The notes beneath the pieces are model-generated. The model was not told the origin of the DNA and did not search any database. It was given only the letters and a program-made list of their open reading frames with translations. A stretch of 63,721 nucleotides of DNA, filler included, from Octopus bimaculoides (Eukaryota): the NCBI RefSeq assembly GCF_001194135.2. It is 7 parts of 7 records of this genome, joined end to end, with 100 filler letters (N's around TTAATTAATTAA, not from the genome) between each part and the next. Parts side by side here need not be neighbours in the genome. Positions count along the whole stretch, not along the records: positions 1 to 24,974 come from NC_069004.1; positions 25,075 to 31,696 come from NC_069005.1; positions 31,797 to 50,814 come from NC_068999.1; 4 more parts are not named here. One strand, written 5' to 3'. The position numbers and the translations under genes were made by a program. Below, piece by piece: positions 24,813 to 38,100 of the stretch (position 1 is its first letter; each line of letters begins with the position of its first letter).

Positions 24813-25018
24813 CGGGCATATACATATATATTCTTTTTATTCTTACACGTTTCAACTCTAAGGTTGCGGCCATCCTAGGGCAGCGCCTGTAATCTAATAG
24901 ACGGAGGAAATGCTATGCTGGTAAGCATTTCGCCGGCGAGCTAAAGATTCAGCCAATAGATGTACATATATATANNNNNNNNNNNNNNNNNNNNNNNNNN
25001 NNNNNNNNNNNNNNNNNN

Positions 25019-25030
25019 TTAATTAATTAA
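25019..25030. other. Artificial assembly linker TTAATTAATTAA (also 31741, 50859, 55490, 60022, 62265)
   Basis: Each is flanked by exactly 44 N per side, giving 100 bp, and has stops in all six frames. Confidence 0.95.
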
Positions 25031-25074
25031 NNNNNNNNNNNNNNNNNNNNNNNNNNNNNNNNNNNNNNNNNNNN

Positions 25075-25295
25075 GCAGAAACGTTACCACACCGGGCGAA
25101 ATGTTTAGCGGTGTTTTCGTCTGCCGTTATGTTCTGGGTTCAAATTCTGCCAAGGTCGACTTTGCCTTTCTTCCTTTCGGAGTCGATAGATTACGTACCA
25201 GTTACGCACTGGGGTCGATGTAATCGATTTAATCTCTTTGTCTGTCCTTGTTTGTCCCCTCTATGTTTAGCCCCTTGTGGGCAGTAAAGAAATAA
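25075..25295 (+). mobile_element. SINE family A with alternative tail (TTTGTCTGTCCTTGTTTGTCCCCTCTATGTT...)
   Basis: A head and core, with a tail shared with 44854-45056. Confidence 0.85.
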
Positions 25296-25639
25296 GAAAA
25301 CGTTTTATAGATGTGGAAGAGGTGAAGAAAAAAAACGACAGAGGCGTTAAAAGGCCACTTCGCAAGAGTTCCAGGACTGCTTCGAACAGCGGAAAATGCG
25401 CCTGGACCGATGCATTGCTTCAAATGGAGAATACTTTGAAGGTGTTGATAACATAAACATGTAAAACTAAGTGAATAAAATGACATTGCAAAATTCCAAT
25501 TTCTTTTGGGTACCCTCTCGTATATCTAGTGTATTACAATCACCGTATCCGTTTCGATTTGACGAGCGAGCCTTCTAGATCGTTATGTTTCTTTAAGGTA
25601 TGAACAATAATCTTCAGAAAGAAAGGTAATCTTATATAA

Positions 25640-26110
25640 TCCATTTATCTTCTCTACCCACTATTTCTGAGATGTGTTGCGGGTACAGACCTCAAATACC
25701 TCCTCCATAGGGACCTATTAAAAGCAACTGTCATTAGACTTTCCGGCTGTATTCCCAAGTGTCACAAATGAGTCTACGGATATTATCTAACCATCTCGTT
25801 CTTGGTCTACTCCTAGTTCTCGCACCGGTTGGTTCGGCTTGAAGAAACCGTGTTGCGGCTATTTCCTGTGAGAGTGTAATCACATATCCGTAGTACCTTA
25901 GGTAATGAAAGTCATAAATATGCAGTTGAACAGAAGCGAAAAGAAAGGAAGAGTATAATATGGGCACAGAAAGAATATATCTTTGATCATAAGTCTGCTC
26001 AAACAGGACTGACTTGGAGCTAAACAACAGCCACATATGCATAGAGAGCCGTGTCGAGAATTACATGAGAAAAGCAGAAAAGCAACGGTATTGAGAGATT
26101 GGTTTCTGAA
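25640..26110 (-). mobile_element. RTE-clade LINE ORF2 C-terminal relic
   Basis: LRYYGYV...EPTGARTRSRPRTRWLDNI... followed by AFNRSLWRR, typical of RTE C-termini. Confidence 0.75.
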
Positions 26111-26256
26111 TACGGAAAGTGACTTATTCAGCTATTTAATACCTTCCATCACAAGGATAGTTGGATGAGAAGAGAGTAAAGGAGAGAAGAGAAGAGAAGA
26201 GAAGCAGGAGGGCGGGAGAGGAGCGGTGTGAGAGAGTGTTAGAGCTAACTAACTGC

Positions 26257-26437
26257 CTAACTTTGTAAAGACGCCGCCATTTTGTGAGAATTAGATGTTC
26301 GGAGTGCTGAATTATTAAAAAGAAACTTTCTTTGATTCGTGGTTGAAATAATTTCGTCTGAAGCCCAGGATGTCCCTGGAGAGAGATTCGCTGATTGTGA
26401 ATGACTGACGGTACACTTTCCAACAGAGTATTCTTCA
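26257..26437 (-). CDS. Possible terminal coding exon of an unidentified gene
   Basis: CAG acceptor (poor pyrimidine tract), then T+EEYSVGKCTVSHSQSANLSPGTSWASDE...MAASLQS*. Partial similarity to the 32817-32963 candidate exon. Confidence 0.2.
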
Positions 26438-27003
26438 CTGTATATGTATGTATACACACATAAATTCGCGGACACACAAATACATAAATACATATGAGTG
26501 TGTATATATATATATATATATATACGGATACACACACACACATCAACATATATATACACACGAAAGCATAGACATACACTTATATACACATACGCCAGTA
26601 TATGCGTGCGTATATGCGTGAATGTATGGGTGTGTATGTTTGAGAATACTCTCGTCTATCTATGTGCCAATACTTGGAGATCTCTATGGCGTTTATATGT
26701 ATGAGTCGACATGTATATGTCCAACAATGTTTTACATATACATGTGATTTTGCGTTTCACTTTTATTCATATGTATATGTGTCTGTAGGTTAGCAGCTAT
26801 ATATAGAGAGAGAGGAGCATATATATATATACACATATACGTATATGTCTATTTTATATATACATGTATATATGCATATATTGCTGTTTATATTTTACAA
26901 ATATATATATATATATATATATTACTGTAAAAGTATATATATGCATANNNNNNNNNNAGTATATATATGCATACATACACACACACACACACACACATAT
27001 ATG

Positions 27004-27051
<48 letters not shown>

Positions 27052-27889
27052 CGTGTGTGCGTCCGTAACTTTCTCCATAATTTCTGTATGTGTAGAATAT
27101 ATGTGACTACTGTATATTAATATATGCATATTGTATGCACGCATGTGTTAGGCTTACTTATATGGCCGTCTACGTGCATACATACATATTCATATGCATA
27201 TACATACATACATACATACATACATACATGCATACATGCATACATAGATATATATGTATATGTACACATACATTTATATATATATATATATGCATAAGGC
27301 GAATGTAATGATGATGATGGTGATGATCACGATCGGCATCGTGGTATGTATGTATGTAGGTATGTGTGTGTGTGTCTATATATNNNNNNNNNNNNNNNNN
27401 NNNNNNNNNNNNNNNNNNNNNNNNNNNNNNNNNNNNNNNNNNNNNNNNNNNNNNNNNNNNNNNNNNNNNNNNNNNNNNNNNNNNNNNNNNNNNNNNNNNN
27501 NNNNNNNNNNNNNNNNNNNNNNNNNNNNNNNNNNNNNNNNNNNNNNNNNNNNNNNNNNNNNNNNNNNNNNNNNNNNNNNNNNNNNNNNNNNNNNNNNNNN
27601 NNNNNNNNNNNNNNNNNNNNNNNNNNNNNNNNNNNNNNNNNNNNNNNNNNNNNNNNNNNNNNNNNNNNNNNNNNNNNNNNNNNNNNNNNNNNNNNNNNNN
27701 NNNNNNNNNNNNNNNNNNNNNNNNNNNNNNNNNNNNNNNNNNNNNNNNNNNNNNNNNNNNNNNNNNNNNNNNNNNNNNNNNNNNNNNNNNNNNNNNNNNN
27801 NNNNNNNNNNNNNNNNNNNNNNNNNNNNNNNNNNNNNNNNNNNNNNNNNNNNNNNNNNNNNNNNNNNNNNNNNNNACATTCATAGATGC

Positions 27890-27931
<42 letters not shown>

Positions 27932-28844
27932 GTCATTATTACTGTGACTTTTATTATTATTATTATAACATCATATGAGACTGTCTGTGAGTACATCTTT
28001 GAGCAGGGGGTGTAATGTGTGGGTGCGTTCTCTTGCGCATGCGTGTGTATGTATACATGAGTATACTGTCGCAGCCAAGACACATATATACATGTGTGTG
28101 TGTGTGTAGAATCACGTTATATTAAATCATGAAAAAAATACGTAACTTTTTTTTTGTCTTACTATTTTCTTGTTTATATTTATTTGTTCATTTTGGTTTT
28201 TGTTTCTTTTTATATTTCGTTTGTTTTTATTTTTGTCTGATATTTCTTTGGAGAGAGGAGAATGACAACAACAAATCCAATCCAACACTGCTGTTCTGCC
28301 AACGACCATAACAGCAACAAGAAACACGACAAAATTGTAATTACAACGATCACACATAGATTAACAACCACATCAACAGCAACGGCGCACACAGTAGAAA
28401 AAACACAGCGGCAATAGCAACAGACGCCACGAGATGTAGGAAACCCAACGACGAGATCGACCGCAAAAAAAAAAACACTACAGCAACACAACAACAATTA
28501 ATACAACAAATACAACATCAGCAACAGTATTAGAAACAAGTACCACCATAACAACGACAAGCGTACAATAATAAGTCTAGCAGCAAAAATAAACACACCA
28601 GTAATAAGGACATCGTTAATAATCACTGCTATTCAGACATCAGCAGCAGCTACATTCAAATTATTCTAAATACAAACTTTGTCTTAACAAAAATTGCTTT
28701 GCAAAGTTAATTGACGCGAACGTAACTACTTTTCGAAGAAATGGTGAGCAGAAAGCCTTATCTAGTTCGCTCTATTCGTGATTACCACAGTAATTGTGAA
28801 ACCGGTTGGTAAAATCAGTTTCTCCTCCTCTATTTCTCTTTCTG

Positions 28845-28882
<38 letters not shown>

Positions 28883-29058
28883 CCCTTTCTTATTTTTCAC
28901 ACACACCCACCCATATATACACATTCTCACCACCACCACCACCATCGCCATCACCGTCATTATATTAAGTTAACATGTCTCCCTTGGTCACATTTACATC
29001 TCGGAACACCCTGATTAGTGTGACTGAGTGTATGTGTGTTTATGCTCTTGTATCTGTG

Positions 29059-29089
<31 letters not shown>

Positions 29090-30663
29090 GTCTGTCTATA
29101 TGTATTTATGGGTTTCAGCCAAGTGGCTGTGGTCATGCTGGAGCACCACATGCTTACATACATTCTTAACTTAAATCCATAAGCGTGAGTCCGACAAAGT
29201 ATATTTTGTTTTGCCAAAACTCTCATCTGAAACCAGCTTTGGTTTATCGTTTGTCTAATTTTAGAGAACTGAGGTATAAAGACAGAAGAATACAGAAGAA
29301 TACAGAGGTGGAATAAAGCTACACAATTAGCTGATTGTGTTGGGGCAAGTGGTTCGTGTGGGTGATATTATAAAAGCTTGTAATGGCGCCCAAAAACGTG
29401 GCGGTGATGGGAAACTATAGTGATAGCCAACATGGTGTCAAGGACGGTAGAAATAAGGATAGTGGTGATAGGTACAAGAGACGATGGCGTGTATGTTATT
29501 TATGGTGGAAGGGAAGCTATTTGCGCTGATTGCAGAGCTGGTGGCGATTATATTTTTAATAATTTCTTCGCCATTCTTATTGTTGGTTGTCGCTATAGCT
29601 TATCACCATTGCTTCTTTTTCTTCTGGTAAAAGCATAATGAACTAGCGGGAGACTATCGTACTTGTGGTGGAATTTCCTATCGTAAGCTAGAGATGGGTG
29701 TCCTGCAGAGGACTTGCTCATAGTGATGAAAATGTTTGTGCTTTACGTTAGCTCATGCCCCTCCCTTCATAAAATTGGCATTTCCTGTATAAGTGCATGG
29801 TGCACCATACGTCAGATGTCGGAGCAACATGAAATAAAGTGCTTTGCTGAAAAACACACCGCAACCCCTGACCCGGAAATAAAAACTACGATCATGTGAT
29901 AGTGAGAGCAACTCGTTAACCATTAGGCCAGGGCCTTTACTTGAGTGGCAAATATAACAGTACAGTAGGAATCGTAAAGTTCACAACCCGCACGTTTTTA
30001 ATAAAATTTTGAAATAACATCGGTCAAAAGTTGAATGCCCTTAGGCCTTTGAGCTTTGTGTTCGTTATTGGTATAGGACTGTTTATTTTTAGCCTTTTTC
30101 TTCGTGTACTATTAGTACAAATTCATAGTTAGGTGCAATACATATTCTGTTAAGTTATACTGTTCCATTAATTCTTTATATTTATTTTGTTTTTGTTTTT
30201 GTTTTCGATAATGTGTTAATCTATTCTATCATTAATATACATTTGATTTATGTATTTCTCTTAATGTGTATGTTGTGTGTATTTATATTAGCTTTAATGT
30301 TTGATGTATTATTCAACTAATACTGTGTGACTATTTTGTTCTATGGCTTGGTCTATTAGTTTCTATACACATTGTTGATTACGATTAGTTTTATTCACTA
30401 AATTTCTTTTGTGCTTTGTTTGTGCAGTGTACACAGAATATCGATATTTATTAGGGTTTTTAACGTAGATGGATGGAATATATCGGTTATGGTTTTTATC
30501 TTTATCTCATCATTTATGTTGTCTAGAAATGAAGTTATATGATAAATAGGAGAGATTTGTTTAGATTGTTCTACGTCCTGAGCTTTTTGGGATAGTGTCG
30601 TTTTCTGTGTCTTTCGGTCTTTATTCTTTCGATGTCTTCCATTCCACCATGTATGTGTGTGTA

Positions 30664-30694
<31 letters not shown>

Positions 30695-30921
30695 NNNNNN
30701 NNNNNNNNNNNNNNNNNNNNNNNNNNNNNNNNNNNNNNNNNNNNNNNNNNNNNNNNNNNNNNNNNNNNNNNNNNNNNNNNNNNNNNNNNNNNNNNNNNNN
30801 NNNNNNNNNNNNNNNNNNNNNNNNNNNNNNNNNNNNNNNNNNNNNNNNNNNNNNNNNNNNNNNNNNNNNATAAGAGAAATCACAAAAAGATGACAACTAC
30901 ATTATGACTGAGAAATAATAG

Positions 30922-31345
30922 TTTATTCAAAGAAGCCACCCTCAGCTTTCATCACGGTCTCAAAATTGCTCCGGAATCTGCTGCATTTTTTCCTCACTGT
31001 GTTTCTAAGAAGGTCTTTGAACACCTTCATCATCTTGACCACCAGCTAGGACCTAGTGTTATAGGCAAAGCGGTTGGTATCTTTCCCAATCTATGCGATT
31101 AAAATCGGAGAAATTCGGGGCCAGAAATTGGAGATGGAAGTCGTAGAAATCCTCCGACAATCACTTCTGACTTGTCCCAGAGGTATGGCAAGGAGCCGAA
31201 TCTTTGTGCCACACATATTGCCTTCCGACAGAAACCACCTCCAGCCATGGATTGACCACAGTCTCTCACAGCTTCACATAGCCGTCTGAATTTGAGCCCA
31301 AGGCGTTTTTGAAAGGTATTGCGATAAATTCTGGAGTGCGATCCC
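30922..31345 (-). mobile_element. Tc1/mariner (DD37D/maT-like) transposase C-terminal relic
   Basis: With frameshifts: NSDGYVKL*ETVVNPW...YVWHKDSAPCHTS...SPNFW.PN.SDFN.ID...RFRSNFETVMKAEGGFFE*. Confidence 0.85.
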
Positions 31346-31796
31346 AGTCAAAACTCCTACTGTGTCCATACATACATGCATTCATACATTCATACATACA
31401 TACATCATACATACATACAAAAATGCTCTGTTGCTGATGTTGAAATTGCAATGAAGGTGCCTTGGATCTAAGTCAGAAACCGGTTCTTTCACTATTGGCA
31501 AGAAATCTTCAAATAAACTGAATAATGACATATATACTCCGACGACAACATATCGAGAAACGAAAACAGGAGCAAGTAACGACAGCTCACAACTGCTGTT
31601 TCTATAATCACCATGACGACGACGACCACCACCACCACCACCACCATCACCACAGTATTCATCATAACAACAACAACAGCAACAACAACAACAACANNNN
31701 NNNNNNNNNNNNNNNNNNNNNNNNNNNNNNNNNNNNNNNNTTAATTAATTAANNNNNNNNNNNNNNNNNNNNNNNNNNNNNNNNNNNNNNNNNNNN

Positions 31797-31833
<37 letters not shown>

Positions 31834-32412
31834 TTTATATGTATATGTATATATATGCATATGAATGTACGTATACATTAGTTGTGATAAAATTCAGAAC
31901 TAAATAGGTACGAACGTGCGTACGTATTAAACACACATTCTGACAAGAACAAACCTATATACAAGCATATGTAAATATGTGTATATGTATGCATATGAAT
32001 ATGTATATATACATATAGGAATTTATATTCACACACACAGAGATATATATATGTATATACATACATACATACATACATACATACATACGTACACATACGC
32101 TCACACGCAAAGGCGCCATTACGATATATTCCAACGCTAGTATTTTCCTCAAATATTCAGATAAAATTATACACACACGCACANNNNNNNNNNAACGCTA
32201 GTATTTTCCTCAAATATTCAGATAAAATTATACACACACGCACATACACATACCCACACACACGTGCGCACACATTCATACATACATACATACATAAATA
32301 CATACATACATACAAACATACATACATACATACATATACACACACATATATATACGTACACTGCCACACATAGTTACAGTTACAAACACGTAGTTAGAGA
32401 TCCAAATATATA

Positions 32413-32449
<37 letters not shown>

Positions 32450-32816
32450 ACACACGCACGCACACACACACACACACACACATACATACACACACGTATA
32501 TATAATATAATTAGACACATACGCTAAGATCGTGGCAGTCACGTACATCCGTCTATTTACAATCGTCGATATAGCAGTTACCATTTTCCCACTCGTACCA
32601 GTCACCAAAACCTCATGAATGCCAAATTAGTTACAACAGAAATGGAATAAAAATCCGACAACGCCATAAATAGAAATAATAATTAAACAACAACAACAAC
32701 AGCAACAACAACAACAACAAAAACTACTACTACTACTACTACGACAGTAATAGCAGCAATAACATTAGCTATAGACAGAGGAAGCAGAATTGGTAACAAA
32801 TATTATAATTTCTTAC

Positions 32817-32963
32817 ATTGGCACGTTGCCATTCCAAATTTACGGTGGAGAATATTCATCGCTGGATGATCCGACTTTAGCAAAAGCTGGGGACTTCTTT
32901 TGATATATGTGTGAAGGCGAATGAGATGCAGAAACAGAACCGCTGCCAGCTTTGTAACTTTCG
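32817..32963 (-). CDS. Candidate exon of an unidentified gene
   Basis: Good acceptor TTCGTTCTTTTACAG| and donor |GTAAGA bound 147 nt. One frame is open throughout (KVTKLAAVLF...MATCQ). Another gives ESYKAGSGSVSASHSPSHIYQKKSPAFAKVGSSSDEYSPP*. No homolog recognised. Confidence 0.35.
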
Positions 32964-33724
32964 CTGTAAAAGAACGAAGCTAAAAGCATTTGTGAATTNN
33001 NNNNNNNNNNNNNNNNNNNNNNNNNNNNNNNNNNNNNNNNNNNNNNNNNNNNNNNNNNNNNNNNNNNNNNNNNNNNNNNNNNNNNNNNNNNNNNNNNNNN
33101 NNNNNNNNNNNNNNNNNNNNNNNNNNNNNNNNNNNNNNNNNNNNNNNNNNNNNNNNNNNNNNNNNNNNNNNNNNNNNNNNNNNNNNNNNNNNNNNNNNNN
33201 NNNNNNNNNNNNNNNNNNNNNNNNNNNNNNNNNNNNNNNNNNNNNNNNNNNNNNNNNNNNNNNNNNNNNNNNNNNNNNNNNNNNNNNNNNNNNNNNNNNN
33301 NNNNNNNNNNNNNNNNNNNNNNNNNNNNNNNNNNNNNNNNNNNNNNNNNNNNNNNNNNNNNNNNNNNNNNNNNNNNNNNNNNNNNNNNNNNNNNNNNNNN
33401 NNNNNNNNNNNNNNNNNNNNNNNNNNNNNNNNNNNNNNNNNNNNNNNNNNNNNNNNNNNNNNNNNNNNNNNNNNNNNNNNNNNNNNNNNNNNNNNNNNNN
33501 NNNNNNNNNNNNNNNNNNNNNNNNNNNNNNNNNNTATATATATATATATATTTGCATTTATGTGTTATCTGAGTGTATTCCACTGATGCAAGGCAGAGCA
33601 CTTCTTACGCAGAGCCAGAAATCCGGAATCCGGAATCTGGAATTATCCAGTAATTTTCTTGCTCGTTTATTTTGTCTCTTTGTCGATTCTCCTGGTGCTG
33701 TATGAATATTTGATGCGGTTTTAG

Positions 33725-34100
33725 AGTCAAAGGAAAGGAACCGAATTTCTTGCGATCGCGATTCGATCGCCCCCTAACAGCTAAGCTACGCGCCTCCTCT
33801 AGTAATAATTATTACCTCTGAGGTTTTTATTCCCATGCTGGCCACCTGATAAAATCGGTATTTTTAAATAACGGTCTTATCCTTATTTGAAATACTGGAG
33901 CAACTTGAAATAAAGTGTCTTGCTCAAGGACTCAACGCGCCGCCTGGAATGACATGATAATATGTGTAAAATGACATAAGTAATATGTATCAAAGTGTCT
34001 TGCTCAAGAGACCCAATGTGCCGCCAGGAAAGGAACCGAATTTCTTGCGATCGCGATTCGATCGCCCCCTAACAGCTAAGCTACGCGCCTCCTCTAGTCC
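33725..34100 (-). mobile_element. tRNA/CORE-type SINE family F with a local duplication (33732-33802 and 34028-34098)
   Basis: The ~70-nt tRNA-like head occurs twice near-identically (one extra C in the second copy), each near an AAAGTGTCTTGCTCAAG CORE-like block. Related pieces at about 29820-29935, 36680-36740 and 39895-40050. Confidence 0.65.
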
Positions 34101-35219
34101 GAATGACATAGTAATATGTATAAAACGGAGGCCTCAACGACCGAGTTTTAAGTACAATTAGCGTATTTGTGGTGTAAGAAAATAAGAAAATAAACGAACA
34201 AAAATCAAAAATAAAATCACTAATAGACAGACCTTCACACAGCGAAGAAATTAAATATGAACGTCGGCGATAGTTACAGTTCGGAGTTAGAGATGGAGTG
34301 AATAACTTCTTTGTTAATTATAATGGAGAGAGCATGAAGCAAGTGGATGATGACAGCAGTAAATGCATGAATTAACTACGGCAGCNNNNNNNNNNNNNNN
34401 NNNNNNNNNNNNNNNNNNNNNNNNNNNNNNNNNNNNNNNNNNNNNNNNNNNNNNNNNNNNNNNNNNNNNNNNNNNNNNNNNNNNNNNNNNNNNNNNNNNN
34501 NNNNNNNNNNNNNNNNNNNNNNNNNNNNNNNNNNNNNNNNNNNNNNNNNNNNNNNNNNNNNNNNNNNNNNNNNNNNNNNNNNNNNNNNNNNNNNNNNNNN
34601 NNNNNNNNNNNNNNNNNNNNNNNNNNNNNNNNNNNNNNNNNNNNNNNNNNNNNNNNNNNNNNNNNNNNNNNNNNNNNNNNNNNNNNNNNNNNNNNNNNNN
34701 NNNNNNNNNNNNNNNNNNNNNNNNNNNNNNNNNNNNNNNNNNNNNNNNNNNNNNNNNNNNNNNNNNNNNNNNNNNNNNNNNNNNNNNNNNNNNNNNNNNN
34801 NNNNNNNNNNNNNNNNNNNNNNNNNNNNNNNNNNNNNNNNNNNNNNNNNNNNNNNNNNNNNNNNNNNNNNNNNNNNNNNNNNNNNNNNNNNNNNNNNNNN
34901 NNNNNNNNNNNNNNNNNNNNNNNNNNNNNNNNNNNNNNNNNNNNNNNNNNNNNNNNNNNNNNNNNNNNNNNNNNNNNNNNNNNNNNNNNNNNNNNNNNNN
35001 NNNNNNNNNNNNNNNNNNNNNNNNNNNNNNNNNNNNNNNNNNNNNNNNNNNNNNNNNNNNNNNNNNNNNNNNNNNNNNNNNNNNNNNNNNNNNNNNNNNN
35101 NNNNNNNNNNNTTATTTAAACTTCGACAAGAAACAAATTCGAAATTATTAAATAAAAAAACGTTGTTTTTCAGGTCTTTCTCACCCTACATCTCCACTGA
35201 AAGTAAGAGGGTAGACGCA

Positions 35220-35672
35220 CGTACACATCAACAAACACACACACATACACACATACACATACGCACATACATACACACGCAGAAACACATACACACACAA
35301 ACAAATACTCGCACGCACGCACACACACACACATACACATACACTCACACACACACACGGACAGACAAACATACATACACCCACACACACGCAGGCACAC
35401 ACACACACACACACACATACACATACACTCACACACACACACGGACAAACGTACATACACCCACACACACGCAGGCACACACACATACACACACACACAA
35501 ACACACACACGTACACACATAATTACACATACATACACTCACGCACATGCAGGCACGCACATACATACATACATAATTATACATACATACACACACCAGC
35601 ACACATACACACACATACATACACACACACGTACACACATGCGCACATACACATACACACACACTCTCCTCC

Positions 35673-35710
<38 letters not shown>
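35220..35710. repeat. Compound (CA)n/(CATA)n microsatellite with internal higher-order repeats
   Basis: Visible directly. Similar tracts at 42500-43140 (GT-rich) and 47150-47450 (TACA/TACG). Confidence 0.9.
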
Positions 35711-35714
<4 letters not shown>

Positions 35715-36739
35715 TACGCACAAATCTTGACATTAAACACTCCTTATCGCGATCGCGGAAGATATTATTTACTGTTTTATTCCAACAATATTCTGGTTGT
35801 GAGAGAAGATTGATTTTCTCTGACTAGACCACATGGTTTAGACGAAAGGTCAGTCAATAATGAATTAAATCGAGTAAATAATAAACCAACAACAACATAA
35901 AGAAATCGTGACAGTTAAAGGGTGCTACGCGAGGTCGGTTTTCTGTTATTGGTCGCCTCTTTCGATCGTAAAAGCTCGCGATACGAAAAAAAAAAGCTGC
36001 TTTANNNNNNNNNNNNNNNNNNNNNNNNNNNNNNNNNNNNNNNNNNNNNNNNNNNNNNNNNNNNNNNNNNNNNNNNNNNNNNNNNNNNNNNNNNNNNNNN
36101 NNNNNNNNNNNNNNNNNNNNNNNNNNNNNNNNNNNNNNNNNNNNNNNNNNNNNNNNNNNNNNNNNNNNNNNNNNNNNNNNNNNNNNNNNNNNNNNNNNNN
36201 NNNNNNNNNNNNNNNNNNNNNNNNNNNNNNNNNNNNNNNNNNNNNNNNNNNNNNNNNNNNNNNNNNNNNNNNNNNNNNNNNNNNNNNNNNNNNNNNNNNN
36301 NNNNNNNNNNNNNNNNNNNNNNNNNNNNNNNNNNNNNNNNNNNNNNNNNNNNNNNNNNNNNNNNNNNNNNNNNNNNNNNNNNNNNNNNNNNNNNNNNNNN
36401 NNNNNNNNNNNNNNNNNNNNNNNNNNNNNNNNNNNNNNNNNNNNNNNNNNNNNNNNNNNNNNNNNNNNNNNNNNNNNNNNNNNNNNNNNNNNNNNNNNNN
36501 NNNNNNNNNNNNNNNNNNNNNNNNNNNNNNNNNNNNNNNNNNNNNNNNNNNNNNNNNNNNNNNNNNNNNNNNNNNNNNNNNNNNNNNNNNNNNNNNNNNN
36601 NNNNNNNNNNNNNNNNNNNNNNNNNNNNNNNNGGCGCTTGTCCATCGCAAGGTTTATCCATTTTTACAACTAAGTGGACTGGAGCAACAGGGAAATGAAG
36701 TGTCTTGCTCAAGAACACGACGCTGTGCACGGCGGTCCG

Positions 36740-36980
36740 GTTGTCAAGCGATGGTGGTGGGACAAACACACACACACATATATCTACATCTACATCTACA
36801 TATATATATATATATACGACGGGCTTCTTTCAGTTTCCGTCTACCAAATCCACTCACAAGGCTTTGGTCGGCCCGAGGCTATAGCAGAATACACTTGCCC
36901 AAGGTGCCACGCTGTGGAACTGAACCCAGAACCATGTGGCTGGTAAGCAAGCTACTTACCACACAGCCACTCCTGCGCCT
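36740..36980 (-). mobile_element. SINE B plus partial D, inverted
   Basis: GACGGGCTTCTTTCAGTTTCCGTCTACCAAATCC...CCACTCCTGCGCC. Confidence 0.9.
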
Positions 36981-37744
36981 ATATTGTTATTGGTATTTAT
37001 TGCAAGAAACGGTTAGGTTTCTTTCTCAAACGTATTACAAATTTCAACCAACACAAGTTAATGTGTGAAAAAAAAAAGGAAATTTTAAAGAAGTTTCTAT
37101 AAAACTAGTTTTTAAACATCGAATAGCTATGGGGGTCGAACAGAATAAAACAGTAATTAAAGGTTATTGAAAAGGTTGCATGACTCAACGAAAATTTTAG
37201 TAAAAATAAATAAGTAGATGAGTGGAAATCAGACCAGTGAGTGTGTTAAATTAATAAGGCACTAAAAGAGAATGACTCTTCACAGACACAGAAATCAAAG
37301 ATGTTACATAGATGAAAAATGGTTGAGAACCCCTAGTTTCAAGTTTCCTTTGGTTTTCCTAAAGAATCTTGTATATCATTGTATAATGTATTTTGCGAGT
37401 TCATTCGTAGGAGTAACGAAAGGAACCAACTTTAAAATAACAGTGAGATTTTATTCCTTCGTAGAGTGGTACAGTGTGTAAAAGCAAGAAACATTGCGTA
37501 TTCTGGTTGTTGTTGTTGTTGTTGGTCATCTATTGTTTGGATAATTCAATTTGGGTCGCCATTGGTAACATGGGCTCCGTTATTTATTAATTTTCTGCTG
37601 AACGGCAGAATCTGCATAACTGGCCTTGATGAAAAACTCTCACCCCTCTGACTCGTAAATAATTTGTCGCACCAATTTGTGGGAAAAAAAGGGGAGGCTC
37701 CAGAACACATACAGGATTAGTTATTTGAAATATATTACGCGCAA

Positions 37745-37885
37745 CGTGATTGGACCTTCGATCCAATTACCACGCAACACTCAACCAATCACAACACAGG
37801 ACTCAACAAATCTCCAAACACTCACATGATGGCTATTTTAACCAATCACTGCAGATTAACGTGATGAGCCTTATATAAGTCAAAT
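37745..37885 (+). promoter_or_regulatory. Promoter-like cluster: four CCAAT boxes and a TATA box
   Basis: ATTGG 37749-53, CCAAT 37763-67, AACCAATCA around 37783-91 and 37840-48, TATATAAG 37872-79. No downstream gene identified. Confidence 0.35.
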
Positions 37886-37959
37886 GTTTTCAATATGCAA
37901 TAATAAAAATTGCTCTCGCTACAGTTACACCAAGAATGAGATTATAAGGTAATATTCCT

Positions 37960-38100
37960 AGTCTTAGTTGGTCACGCTTGGGAAGCCATCCGGAAAGTGT
38001 AATGACGTTTGCTTCTGATAGGACCCGATGGAGGGGCTGCTTGAGGGCTCAACCCTCACGATCCTCCCAGAAATCGAAGGTGGAGAAGATCGATGGGGTG
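37960..38100 (+). mobile_element. RTE LINE 3' end fragment
   Basis: Homologous by eye to the reverse complement of 25640-25745. Translates ..ASDRTRWRGCL.. Confidence 0.6.

Noticed and set aside
24895-24955. Hairpin with a miR-184-like GACGGAG start
   Set aside because: It is the reverse complement of a SINE A head.
25019-25030. TTAATTAATTAA as a biological motif or repeat
   Set aside because: It is always flanked by exactly 44 N, so it is a synthetic spacer.
28755-28780. Second mir-184-like sequence on the minus strand
   Set aside because: The seed is not conserved and there is no complementary arm.
32133-32244. 51-nt direct repeat around a 10-N gap (similar at 26948)
   Set aside because: Typical unmerged contig overlap.
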